This document shows positions 30,116 through 39,666 of a DNA stretch of 64,000 bases, piece after piece. This DNA comes from Acidimicrobiia bacterium (GTDB lineage Bacteria > Actinomycetota > Acidimicrobiia > Spongiisociales > UBA11373), in assembly GCA_029263095.1 (NCBI GenBank), contig JAJCYA010000002.1, forward strand, positions 32,511 through 96,510, in the 5' to 3' direction. The notes beneath the pieces were generated by a model that did no database searches, was not told the DNA's origin, and saw nothing but the letters and a program-made list of their open reading frames with translations. Every line of letters begins with the position of its first letter. Position 1 is the first letter of the stretch. The translations under genes and the position numbers were made by a program.

Positions 30116-31078
30116 ATGATGAAGGCGGCAGTCAGCACCAAGTACGGCCCACCGGAAGTCGTGAGTCTCGAAGACGTCGCCAAACCGACGCCCGGAGACG
30201 ACGAGCTGCTGATCAAGGTGCGCGCCACCACCGTCAATCGGACGGACTGCGGATACCGCGCAGGCAGACGATTGCCTATCAGGCTCTTTAGCGGGCTCCG
30301 TCGGCCGAAGGTCGCCATCCTCGGCACCGAGTATTCCGGAGAGGTCGTGGCCGTAGGCGCAGACGTCACAGGCTTCGCACTGGGTGACCGGGTGTGCGGG
30401 TACTGCGAGGGCACTTTCGGCGCCCACGCCGAGTACATGACCATCCAAGCCGAGCGTCTGATCGCACGTATCCCCACAGATTGGACCTTCGAGGAGGCTG
30501 CTCCCAGTACCGAGGGCTCCCACTACGCCCTCGGCATGCTGCGGGGTGCTGAAGTCGAGAGTGGGCAGGATGTCCTCATCTACGGTGCGACCGGTGCCAT
30601 CGGATCGGCTGCCGTCCAACTCGCCAAGAGCCTCGGTGCCAACGTGACTGCGGTCTGTGGTACCCAGCATGTGGCGCTCGTCGAGCGTCTTGGTGCCGAT
30701 CGAGTCGTCGACCACGAGACCACCGACTTCACGAGGGACTCACAGAAGTACGACCTGGTGCTCGATGCGGTCGGCAAGAGTTCCTTCCGGCGCTGCCGGC
30801 GACTGTTGAAGCCCCGCGGTATCTACATCTCGTCGGAGGTCGGGCTCTTCTGGCACGGCCCGCTTCTGGCGCTCATCACTCCCCTATTCCGACGCAGGAA
30901 GCTCATGTTCGTGATCCCGAAGCGTGATCCGGAGGGGACCAAGTATCTCAAAGCGCTCATCGAATCGGGAGAGTTCAAGCCGGTCGTCGACAGGCTGTAC
31001 CCGCTGGACCAGATCGTCGAGGCGTATCGCTACGTCGAAACGGGTGAGAAGGTCGGCAACGTCGTGATCACCGTCTAG
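30116..31078 (+). CDS. NAD(P)-dependent MDR oxidoreductase (quinone-reductase-like)
   Basis: KYGPPEV, LGTEYSGEV, GDRV, IYGATGAIGSAAVQLAK, GNVVITV; TACACT-N7-ATG. Confidence 0.92.
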   Translation: MMKAAVSTKYGPPEVVSLEDVAKPTPGDDELLIKVRATTVNRTDCGYRAGRRLPIRLFSGLRRPKVAILGTEYSGEVVAVGADVTGFALGDRVCGYCEGTFGAHAEYMTIQAERLIARIPTDWTFEEAAPSTEGSHYALGMLRGAEVESGQDVLIYGATGAIGSAAVQLAKSLGANVTAVCGTQHVALVERLGADRVVDHETTDFTRDSQKYDLVLDAVGKSSFRRCRRLLKPRGIYISSEVGLFWHGPLLALITPLFRRRKLMFVIPKRDPEGTKYLKALIESGEFKPVVDRLYPLDQIVEAYRYVETGEKVGNVVITV

Positions 31079-31128
31079 CGAAGACGGAAGGACGGCGTCT
31101 GGCCAACAGACCTCGGCGACGACCGTGA

Positions 31129-32106
31129 TCAGCCTGTTGTGCCGAGGCCGCCCTCTGTGTCCTCTACGTCCCAGCCGTCATCCAACAGATCGTGGACCTC
31201 CGGCTCCGCCTTGTCTCCGGGGGCACGCGGGCGTCCACCCGGTCCGGGAGGCGGTACCCGAGGCTCGGGTGGTGGTGGTGGTGGTGGTGGTGAGGCAGGG
31301 CCAGATGTCCCCACGAACACGCCTTTGGCGACGGCAATGCCGATCGCAGCCACTACCACTACGCCGACGATTACTGTGGTCGACACTCCCCCGTCGTCCT
31401 CATCGAACGGCTGCGAGGCGTCCGCTCCCTGGGTGGCATCCGTCGAGGGACCGCCGGTTGCGGGATCATCCCCACGGGGAGGTGGGGGCACGTTCGCCCC
31501 GGATTCGGGCTCATCCCCCAAGGCCGCGACGATCCTGCCGTCGATCGCACGCGCCAGCGCTTCGGACCTAGCGCCTAGGTCGGCCGCCGACAACGCGGGA
31601 CGACCCTCGTAGGGACCCAGGAACGTCTTGACGTGAACGTAGAGGTCGGCTCTGCGGAATGCGACGACATACTCCTCGACCGGACCGGTCTCAGCGGCGT
31701 CGACTCCGGCGAGTCCCTCGTCACCGATGTCGATCGGGCCACCGGCAACTTGCGAGTAGTCGTCGGCTAGGAGGCCATCAACGTCACCCCACTGAGGCGA
31801 CGCAATCCAGACGTCGAAGAGGTGGACCGGAGTCTGGCCATCGCTGCTCGGGGTGCCCAGTTGGTAGGCGGCAACGCAGTCCGTGAAGTCTCGACGCTGC
31901 TCCTGCCCGATCTCGGCGCCCCCCACCTCCTGCGGCAGGAACTCACATAGGTTTTCCCGCACAACGTCGACCCCGGCCCCGGCAACAGGGGCAAGGAGAA
32001 CGAGGAGGGTCGCGGAGACAAGGAGTGACGCCCGAACACGCAACGACTTCCAGATCGACGGAGAAGCCCCGGGGCGTTGGTGGCGCCGCCGGACTTCAGA
32101 CCTCAT
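31129..32106 (-). CDS. Secreted protein with C-terminal TM and poly-Pro cytoplasmic tail
   Basis: Signal peptide, two-Cys ectodomain, TM (VIVGVVVVAAIGIAVA), P8 run encoded by (GGT)8 at 31268-31291. Confidence 0.7.
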   Translation of the reverse strand: MRSEVRRRHQRPGASPSIWKSLRVRASLLVSATLLVLLAPVAGAGVDVVRENLCEFLPQEVGGAEIGQEQRRDFTDCVAAYQLGTPSSDGQTPVHLFDVWIASPQWGDVDGLLADDYSQVAGGPIDIGDEGLAGVDAAETGPVEEYVVAFRRADLYVHVKTFLGPYEGRPALSAADLGARSEALARAIDGRIVAALGDEPESGANVPPPPRGDDPATGGPSTDATQGADASQPFDEDDGGVSTTVIVGVVVVAAIGIAVAKGVFVGTSGPASPPPPPPPPEPRVPPPGPGGRPRAPGDKAEPEVHDLLDDGWDVEDTEGGLGTTG

Positions 32107-32255
32107 GCCCGAGTACCTCGGGTCCGTTCATGTCCTCCATCAGCACCCCCTATCAGGGCATTCAGCCTACGCCGGGGCGGTCGGAAGCGTGGGCTGAATG
32201 CAACGCGGTGTACGCCCTTGGGGGAGCGAAGAATCGTCCGAGGCACGATGACGTG

Positions 32256-33575
32256 TCAGCCGTTTGGAGGTGAGACGGTGACCCAATCGACTCCGACGAT
32301 CACCACCCGATCTCCCCATTTCACGACGTCGCGACCTGGGACGAAATACTCCCCGTCGGCTTTGTCGAGGGTCCACTGGGCACCATCGGTCGACGTCCAG
32401 ATCGCCTCGGGAAACTGGCTCCCTGCCAGGGCGATGAAGCGGCTCCCCAACCAGACCACACCGTTTGGCAAGACGAGAGAGCCGACCGGTACGGGCGGCA
32501 ACTCGACCCGGTTCCACTCCTGCCCATTCTCACTCCACCAGGCGACCGCGAATCCTTCACTCGGCGTGCTGTCCGCGTTGGGGCGCTCGGAGCCCACCGC
32601 GACGAACCGGCCTCCGCCGGCAGCGAGGTCTTCGATTTGAATCCATCCACCTTCTGGTGCGTCGGCGCCTCCTCTTGCCCAGGTCACCCCATCGTCGCTC
32701 ACCCACGAGAGGAGTTGCGCTTGTCGGTTGCCTCTGAGTCCGACTGCAACCACGACGTCGCCAAGCGTCGCAGCTCCCGCAAGTCTGAGTTCCGGCCCGG
32801 GGGGTTGATCCTCGCTGAACGTCGTCCACGGTCCGGATCCGAAGAAGCTGACGGCGGTGAAGTCGGAGTCATCGGTGCGGTAGGGCTCCCACCACTGGCC
32901 GTTGGCGAACAGATGAACTCGCCCGTTTTCGCCGGTGATGTAGCCGAGATCCATGATGCGGAAGTTCTTCGGACCATCCAGGCGCTGATCGATCCCCGTG
33001 TCGTCAGGACCCTGGAGCAGGATCGCTCCATCGACGCCGCTGGTCACGAGCCACAGGTCGGCTCCGGCACCTTGGCTGCTCACACCCTGCTGAGGAGGAG
33101 CTGCGAACACGCCGTAGAGAGTGTCATCGACGCTCCCCAGCACCATCTGGTGGCGGATAGCGCCCGCACTCGGGAGCGTGCTCTCGGTAGGAAGTCCAAG
33201 TCCCACCAGGTCGACGCGTTCCCAAGTCGAGCCGTCCAACGTGAACGCCAGGATGAACTCGTTCTCTTCATCACGTCCGGCCAGCCACAGGCGGTCGCCG
33301 GCAGCCGCTGCGCTGGCCGGCTGGAAATCGATCTGACTCGTCGTCCACCCTTCATTCGGCAGCGTCGTCGTAGTCGCGGCGGCCACCGTCGTCGTGGAGG
33401 AGACCACCGCTGTCGTCGTCACCGTTGGCGGAGGATGCGGGGCGGTCGACTCGTCTGGGCCGGAAGTCCCGAGGGATGCAGTATCGGCTCCGCCGCATGC
33501 CGCCACAGCGATCGAGATCGTCGCAAGGAGCCCACTGAGCACGGACGGTGTCGAGTGAGGTACGCGACTGCTCAT
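32256..33575 (-). CDS. Lipoprotein with BNR/Asp-box beta-propeller repeats
   Basis: VAAC lipobox, Thr stalk, repeated (S/T)xDGxxW (TLDGSTW, SDDGVTW, SENGQEW, STDGAQW). Confidence 0.8.
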   Translation of the reverse strand: MSSRVPHSTPSVLSGLLATISIAVAACGGADTASLGTSGPDESTAPHPPPTVTTTAVVSSTTTVAAATTTTLPNEGWTTSQIDFQPASAAAAGDRLWLAGRDEENEFILAFTLDGSTWERVDLVGLGLPTESTLPSAGAIRHQMVLGSVDDTLYGVFAAPPQQGVSSQGAGADLWLVTSGVDGAILLQGPDDTGIDQRLDGPKNFRIMDLGYITGENGRVHLFANGQWWEPYRTDDSDFTAVSFFGSGPWTTFSEDQPPGPELRLAGAATLGDVVVAVGLRGNRQAQLLSWVSDDGVTWARGGADAPEGGWIQIEDLAAGGGRFVAVGSERPNADSTPSEGFAVAWWSENGQEWNRVELPPVPVGSLVLPNGVVWLGSRFIALAGSQFPEAIWTSTDGAQWTLDKADGEYFVPGRDVVKWGDRVVIVGVDWVTVSPPNG

Positions 33576-33727
33576 GATCGGCTGAGAGAGTACTCAGGCG
33601 ACAGCGCTCTGGGCGGATGAGCGGTCTCTCTCGGCTAGCGACCAGGTAGCCGATCTCGCCGATCAGGGACCGGGAAGGCGGAGGGGCGTCGCGTGAAGCG
33701 CTTCGGCCACTGCCATTCCAAAGGCCG

Positions 33728-33756
33728 TGTCACAGATTCGGGCACCTCGTGCGAGT
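33728..33756 (+). promoter_or_regulatory. Putative ECF promoter TGTCACA-N17-CGAGT
   Basis: Matches the motif upstream of the first ECF gene (26293). Confidence 0.6.
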
Positions 33757-33799
33757 TACCCCATGACACGCCGAGCCTGGCAGGAGAGCATGGAATGAT

Positions 33800-34330
33800 G
33801 TGGCGATCGAGATGACAGGCGAAGCAGTGGCGATCGAGAGCACCTCGATGAGCGAGGACTTCCAAGAGTTCTACTCCAGGGAGCGCCGGGCTGTGGTGGG
33901 ACTGGCATACGTGCTGTCCGGGAGCCGGTCGGGAGCGGAGGACCTCGCTCAGGAGGCGTTCATCGCTGCGTTTCGCAGATGGGACGAGATCTCGGGATAC
34001 GACGACCCGGGCGCATGGGTGCGGCGGGTCGCAGCGAACAGAGCAACGTCGTGGATCCGAAGGCGTGCCGCTGAGACGAGAGCGCTCCTCCGTATCAAGG
34101 GGTCCGATTTCACGATGCCGGTGCTTGATGCAGAAGCCGACCTCATCTGGCGAGAGGTGCGGCGCCTACCGACGAGACAGGCCCAGACGATCGCGCTTCG
34201 GTACCTGGACGGACAAGAGGTTTCTGAGATCGCCGAAACGCTCCAGTGCTCGGTGAACACCGTCCACACGCACCTTCGGAGGGCAAAGGAGAGGCTCGCC
34301 CGCCGATTCGAGGACAAGGAGATCTCGTGA
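33800..34330 (+). CDS. ECF sigma-70 factor, paralog of 26330..26875
   Basis: FQEFYSRERRAVVGLAYVLSG..GAEDLAQEAF, WVRRVAANR, LPTRQAQTIALRYLDG; start uncertain (33800, 33812 or 33848). Confidence 0.92.
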   Translation: MAIEMTGEAVAIESTSMSEDFQEFYSRERRAVVGLAYVLSGSRSGAEDLAQEAFIAAFRRWDEISGYDDPGAWVRRVAANRATSWIRRRAAETRALLRIKGSDFTMPVLDAEADLIWREVRRLPTRQAQTIALRYLDGQEVSEIAETLQCSVNTVHTHLRRAKERLARRFEDKEIS

Positions 34331-35394
34331 AGACGATCGACGAGAGATTGGAATATGCGGCTACTGAAGCCCGGCAAGCTGTGGCGCACCTTCCGTCGCG
34401 GACCGCCAAGTTGCCGGGCCGACCGAACCGTGTCGCCCGACACACAGCCCAACTCGTCGCGCTGGTCGCGCTGATCGTCGTGGCAGTCGGCGGAAGCTTG
34501 GTTCTCTTTGACGGGGACCCCGATGTGGCGAGCGGAGTCGCCGAATTCCCTCGCCTCGCGTTGGATGTGGACGCTGTTGGGGCCGACCTCTCCTTGGTCT
34601 TCGCCGAGGACGGAGCGACGTCGCCCCAACCTGCTCAACCGAATCTGCTGGACGTATACGGGGATCCCTCCGCCGGTATCTCCTCGGGTCGGATCTTTGT
34701 TGTGACGGACTTCGACGGCTCGGACTATTTGCGCAACGAACCGTTCAACTCTCCAGGTGTGGTTCCGGTTTCGGTGCCGACAGGGGTTGCCTACCTCCAC
34801 GACGAGGGTCTCGCCTCGGTAATCCTTTGGCAGATCGAAGAGGATCATGGTCTCGCAGTCACGATCCAGGGAGTCGGTATAAACACCGCAACGCTCCTCG
34901 ACGTGCTCGCAGGAATCCAGTACGACGAGACCGGCGCGGAGGTCGATTCCCTGCCGCCTGGCTTCACCCTGCTCTACTCCGGCCCCACGCGTACTGAGGG
35001 CGAACGCAAGGTGTATATCCACTGGGCGACGCCGCTAGGCGATGGCCCGCAGGCCACAGCCACGTTGGAGCTTCATCAGGGGGCCGAGGCCCCCTTGGAG
35101 AGGGGCAGGTACACCATCACGCCTGACGCCGGTATCTCCGCGATCAGCGAGACCCAAGTGCTCGCGAAGCCGGCCCTGCGAATGGAGCTGGGCGATGTGG
35201 TGGTGTTCCAGTGGCTCCAAAGCCCAACCGTCTACGCGCGGCTCATCGTGCTGGGTTTCTCCGATGCAGATGGAGTTGCCGCCGCCCTCCGCGAAGTGGA
35301 CGACGCCACCTGGGAGCAGATGTTCAGGAACGAGCGACCCACCGATCCCGCCTCGACAGAGACAACGGCCGCGCCGACGACGTCGTCGCCGTAA
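34327..35394 (+). CDS. Single-TM protein, putative anti-sigma factor
   Basis: GTGA overlap with the ECF stop; (M)KTIDERLEYAATEARQ N-terminus, one TM, large extracytoplasmic region. Confidence 0.7.
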   Translation: MKTIDERLEYAATEARQAVAHLPSRTAKLPGRPNRVARHTAQLVALVALIVVAVGGSLVLFDGDPDVASGVAEFPRLALDVDAVGADLSLVFAEDGATSPQPAQPNLLDVYGDPSAGISSGRIFVVTDFDGSDYLRNEPFNSPGVVPVSVPTGVAYLHDEGLASVILWQIEEDHGLAVTIQGVGINTATLLDVLAGIQYDETGAEVDSLPPGFTLLYSGPTRTEGERKVYIHWATPLGDGPQATATLELHQGAEAPLERGRYTITPDAGISAISETQVLAKPALRMELGDVVVFQWLQSPTVYARLIVLGFSDADGVAAALREVDDATWEQMFRNERPTDPASTETTAAPTTSSP

Positions 35395-35507
35395 CTGAAC
35401 CTCCGGCCACTGGTGCTCAACTAGAACCACGCTCTATCGCGAGGCCGCCATAGCGAACCGCCCGGCCTCTCAAGTCTCTGACCATCACAGAAGAGTGATT
35501 GCAATCG

Positions 35508-37190
35508 TCAGCTGGCGCGCCACACGTTGAGGATCGGGTGGTTGTAGCCGGTCTCTCCGACCCGATTGAGGGGGTATCCGAAGACCTCGTAGGGGTGTCG
35601 AATGTCGAAGTGGGAGCCTTCGAATAGGGCGGCGCCGAAACCTTGGAGCTGACCCGGTGTGAAGACCTCGAGTGCGGCCGCCAGAGCACCTTCGGCCATC
35701 TCGTAGGCTCCAGCAAAGTCCGAGGGGCAGATGTCGGCCTCGCAGAAGCCATCTCCGGTCTGGGCGCCGATCGGCCCCCCCGTCATGAAGAGCATCACCG
35801 GAGTGGCGTTGTCGATCTCGGTGGCGAGGGCTCGTACCGCCCGGCCGAAGATCTGCCGCAGGTCGGGTCCGACGGATTCGGGAGCACCGACACCCGCGAT
35901 GACGCCTTCGAACGCGGACCAGTGCGGCCTCCGATCTGCGGGCGGCACCTGGCCGGCGACGCTGAGGAACCCTGCTTGCCAGAGCCGGAACCCTGCCCGG
36001 CGCCACTCAGCTATCCGCACCTGTTCGTAGTCCGAAATGGCGGATTCCATCCGAAGGCATGCGGTCTGCTCGGCCGGGTCCGGATAGCAGTAGGCGGTGA
36101 GGGCCGTCTCCGCGAACCAGGGTTGTGCATACCCGATCACGACCTCCTTCTCGCGCAGCAGGTACGCGTCGTCCCAGACGGTGAGCAGGGTGTCCATGAT
36201 GTCGAGAACGGCCAGCCGGTTGAATGCCTGGAGCACCGCGTCGGGGTGTACTCCGGCGATCTCGTCCCAAGGTATCTCGACTCGCTCTGAGACGAACGAA
36301 TCGAGCGTTGCCGGTTCGGCGGCGTCCATAACCGTCTGGAGCTGCTCGGGGCTCATGCCTAGGGAGGTCATCAACACGTCGCCTCGTCGCACCAGCGAAG
36401 GATCGTCGCCGCACGACGGCACTTGGGAACAGTCTTCGCCGTTGACGACGAAGGTCCCGTCCGGCAGCCACTCGACGCTCGACACCTCACGACTCACCGT
36501 CACGATCCAGGGGGGCGACAGCACCTCTCCACCAAACGTTGTGATGTATCCGTCGCGCTGTGGTCCCACCTCAGAGTCGCCCAGCGAGTAGGGACCTTCG
36601 CCGAGAGCGTCAACGATGTTGAAGAACAACTTGGGGAGCTCCGTCTGAGGCTGCTGCAATCGCAATGAGCCATCCGGGGTGCGACAGGCTGCATACAACT
36701 CTCCTCCGACGAGGGCGTTTGAGTTACCGGCGGCTGCCTTATCAGGATCCAGGTAGGTGTCGAGGTCGAGTTCGAGAGGCTCGAGCCCAGCACAGTCGCC
36801 TGCCTCGTCGAAGGCGACTACGCACATCGTCTGTACCCCATTCTCGCCGGGAGTGCCGCGGTAGCGAAAGCGCAGACAGGAGATCCCGGAGTCGAGCGCG
36901 GTGACTTCGCCCTCGCCGACCACAACCGGCTCACCCTCGAAGTCGATGACCTCCAGCAGCTCCCCGAAACCCGCCACCGATCTGCTGTCTCCGACGGGAA
37001 CGAACACATGGGACGCAAGCCGCGCGGGAGCCCCGTCTGGGGTCAATCCATCTCCAGATGTCGTCGCCGCACCCGTGGCACCGGGGCCGCAGGCCGAGAC
37101 GACCAACGCTCCGACCAGCAGCAAGCTGGGTGTTGGGCGTCGACCAACACCCAGCCCCGCGGGCTCCGTCCGCGCGCCCATACGCCGCAT
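35508..37190 (-). CDS. Large hypothetical lipoprotein
   Basis: LVVSAC lipobox; 560-aa ORF with several Cys pairs; TAGCCT-N6-ATG. Confidence 0.75.
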   Translation of the reverse strand: MRRMGARTEPAGLGVGRRPTPSLLLVGALVVSACGPGATGAATTSGDGLTPDGAPARLASHVFVPVGDSRSVAGFGELLEVIDFEGEPVVVGEGEVTALDSGISCLRFRYRGTPGENGVQTMCVVAFDEAGDCAGLEPLELDLDTYLDPDKAAAGNSNALVGGELYAACRTPDGSLRLQQPQTELPKLFFNIVDALGEGPYSLGDSEVGPQRDGYITTFGGEVLSPPWIVTVSREVSSVEWLPDGTFVVNGEDCSQVPSCGDDPSLVRRGDVLMTSLGMSPEQLQTVMDAAEPATLDSFVSERVEIPWDEIAGVHPDAVLQAFNRLAVLDIMDTLLTVWDDAYLLREKEVVIGYAQPWFAETALTAYCYPDPAEQTACLRMESAISDYEQVRIAEWRRAGFRLWQAGFLSVAGQVPPADRRPHWSAFEGVIAGVGAPESVGPDLRQIFGRAVRALATEIDNATPVMLFMTGGPIGAQTGDGFCEADICPSDFAGAYEMAEGALAAALEVFTPGQLQGFGAALFEGSHFDIRHPYEVFGYPLNRVGETGYNHPILNVWRAS

Positions 37191-37328
37191 ACAACGAGGC
37201 TAAGCGGATCGCTCCGCCGGACCGGGCTTTGTTCGCTGGACCCGTGCTGTAGGAGAGGCGACGTTCGTTGGGTCAGACCGGGGCTGGCAGATCAAGTTGT
37301 GGCAGTCCGGTAGTGGCTCGTAGCGGGC

Positions 37329-38414
37329 TTAGCTTCTGTCGTTTCTGCCGGGCATATCCGGGAGCTCCTTGATATGGATGTCTCGCTGCGGGAACGGGAT
37401 CTTGATCCCGTCTGCGGCGAAGCGGCGGTAGATCTCTGAGTTCAGCTCGTGCAACACCAGCCCCCTGTCGACCGGTCGCTCGATCCAGCACAGCAGCTCG
37501 AAAGCAAGACTGGAGTCGCCGAACTCTCGGAATCGGACCCTCGGCTCCGGATCGCGCAGAGTTATCGGGTGACTCTCACCGACGTCTGTGAGGATCGCCT
37601 CGACTCGGTCGATATCGGAGCCGTAGGCGACTCCGACTGTGGTCCCAATGCGGAATTGACTGGGCGGGCCGCCTGCCTCATTGACGATCTTGGCCGCCCC
37701 CATGACACCGTTCGGAATCGATACCTCGACATCGTCGCGGGTGAGTAGTCGAGTGGAGCGCAGACCGATATTGGTCACCTCACCTCGCTCACCGCTGTCC
37801 AGGCTGATGAAGTCGCCTATCTCGTAGGGCCGGTCCGAGAGGATGGCGACACCCGCGAACAGATTCGACAGGGTGTCCTGAGCAGCAAAGCTGAGTGCTA
37901 AGCCGACGATGCCGGCCGACGCCACCCAGCCGGTGACGTTGATGTCCCAGATGACGAGGACCATGTAGACGCCCGCAACGAAGAACACCACTGCAGCAGC
38001 GTTGGAGAACAGTGGTTCGGTGGAGGGTTGGACGATTCCGAAGCGATCCGAGTTCCGTTTCATGGTGCCCAGCAGCAACCTCAAGAATCGAAGCGCAAAG
38101 ACGACCCAGACGACGACCAGAATCGTCTCGACCACCAGCACCGTTCGTCTCTCCAACGCGAGATCGAGGTCAAGGCGGTAGGTAGCGAGAATCAAGCCCA
38201 CTAGTCCGACCGTCGTAAAGATCGGACGGTGTATGAGGTCCAGGGCTTTGTCGTCGAAATCGGTCTCCGAGCGTTTGACGAGCCTTCGGAGAAACCCGGT
38301 CAGCACCCAATCAAACAGCCTCGCCAGCAGCACGAATAGGACGACGATTGCCAGCGCTTCAAGGTAAGGAAACCGCTCGAAGAAGTCGAGGGTGTCGCGC
38401 CACACATCAGACAT
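37329..38414 (-). CDS. Small-conductance mechanosensitive channel (MscS family)
   Basis: AGIVGLALSFAAQDTLSNLFAG, PYEIGD, GEVTNIGLRSTRL, IPNG, GIKIPFPQRDI. Confidence 0.93.
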   Translation of the reverse strand: MSDVWRDTLDFFERFPYLEALAIVVLFVLLARLFDWVLTGFLRRLVKRSETDFDDKALDLIHRPIFTTVGLVGLILATYRLDLDLALERRTVLVVETILVVVWVVFALRFLRLLLGTMKRNSDRFGIVQPSTEPLFSNAAAVVFFVAGVYMVLVIWDINVTGWVASAGIVGLALSFAAQDTLSNLFAGVAILSDRPYEIGDFISLDSGERGEVTNIGLRSTRLLTRDDVEVSIPNGVMGAAKIVNEAGGPPSQFRIGTTVGVAYGSDIDRVEAILTDVGESHPITLRDPEPRVRFREFGDSSLAFELLCWIERPVDRGLVLHELNSEIYRRFAADGIKIPFPQRDIHIKELPDMPGRNDRS

Positions 38415-38577
38415 CCGTTCCCACCGCTCCTGTCCCTTGCCCTTACCTAGAAACTGTAGGTGACGCGCACCCTCGCAGCACGGCTACGTGCGACCGGCGC
38501 CAGACCCGGCAATCGGACGCTCCACGGGTCTCACACGGTCAGTTCGGGTCCGCCTCGCCGGCTCCTCCTCAAAGAGG

Positions 38578-39660
38578 TTAGGGAGATCGGCCGGCAGGTA
38601 TGAGTTGTCGACGGTGGGGCGGGCTGGTGGGGTCGATACGCATGCCGCGGCCGTGGATGGCGACGTGGTGGTGCCACCAGCACAGGGTGACGAGGTTGGC
38701 AGGGTCGTTGGTGCCGCCTTGGGACCGGGGAACAATGTGGTGCACTTCGAGGCGGTAATTGCTTTGGCATCCGTCGACGGTGCATCCTTGGTCGCGTCCC
38801 AGGATGAAGCGTCGAAGCTTGGGTGGGATCACCCTGGTGGTGGGTCCGACTCCCAGCGGGACACCGGGGCCGGTGTCGACAAGTACCTCGACCGAGCCTG
38901 CGCACATGATCCGATCCATCGTCTCGGGTCCGACCCGGGGGCCGTTGGCGACCATCACGCCCGCCTCGGCTCCGGTTGCTGAGGCGAGGGCGGCGTCGAC
39001 GATGACGGTGACCACCGGGCCGCCGCGACTGGTTGTGGAGGAATCGGATCCGCCAGACAGCCAGTCCTGGGAAAGTGCTACCAGAGCGTCGGCGCGCCGT
39101 TGCCCGGCGGTGGCTTGGGTGTCACGAGGCAGCAGGTCGGCTCGGTCCTCTAGTGCTTTGGTGACGACCCGCCAGTCGTATCCAGTGAGTTCGGCGTGGA
39201 TGAATCCGACCGACTCATCCAGCGACGCCCAACTACGTACTGAACGCTTGGAGTGCGCCTCATGCTCGGTCCTGCGGGTGATACGTTGCTGCAGAGCACG
39301 GAGTCGGCGGATACCGGCGATGTCACGCTCGTCGGCTTGGGCCACCGTGGCGTCATCGGCGCCGACACCCACGAGTGCCGCCACTGCCGCCACTCGGTCA
39401 AACGACCACGACCCGGACTCCAGCTTCGCGATCGTCTGGGAGCGCTCAGGAGTCCGCCGGGCAGCTTCGAGCAGGTCACGAGCGGTGTGTTGGGACACGT
39501 CGAGAGCACCGGCGAGTTCATCGGCACCGGGATCTGGATCGCGCCGCAGAAGCCCACGCAGAAGGTGGACCTGACGTGCTCGGACGGCAGCCACCTGCTG
39601 CTCACACTCACGCAACGCAAGAAACACCTCCTCACGCGACATGATCGGCTCATCGAACAT
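38578..39660 (-). CDS. DUF222 / HNH endonuclease (13E12-like) protein
   Basis: QRRADALV, LRRFILGRDQGCTVDGC...EVHHIVPRSQGG.NDPANLVTLCWWHHHVAIH, C-terminal RSP. Confidence 0.9.
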   Translation of the reverse strand: MFDEPIMSREEVFLALRECEQQVAAVRARQVHLLRGLLRRDPDPGADELAGALDVSQHTARDLLEAARRTPERSQTIAKLESGSWSFDRVAAVAALVGVGADDATVAQADERDIAGIRRLRALQQRITRRTEHEAHSKRSVRSWASLDESVGFIHAELTGYDWRVVTKALEDRADLLPRDTQATAGQRRADALVALSQDWLSGGSDSSTTSRGGPVVTVIVDAALASATGAEAGVMVANGPRVGPETMDRIMCAGSVEVLVDTGPGVPLGVGPTTRVIPPKLRRFILGRDQGCTVDGCQSNYRLEVHHIVPRSQGGTNDPANLVTLCWWHHHVAIHGRGMRIDPTSPPHRRQLIPAGRSP

Positions 39661-39666
39661 AGGAGC

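Noticed and set aside
31268-31291. (GGT)8 microsatellite as a phase-variation switch
   Set aside because: The trinucleotide unit keeps the frame and only changes poly-Pro length.
19613-37190. Two lipoproteins both starting MRRMGA (19630 and 37190)
   Set aside because: Only six residues with no similarity beyond them; the first ATG at 19630 overlaps a TACCAT -10 box, so this is probably coincidence.
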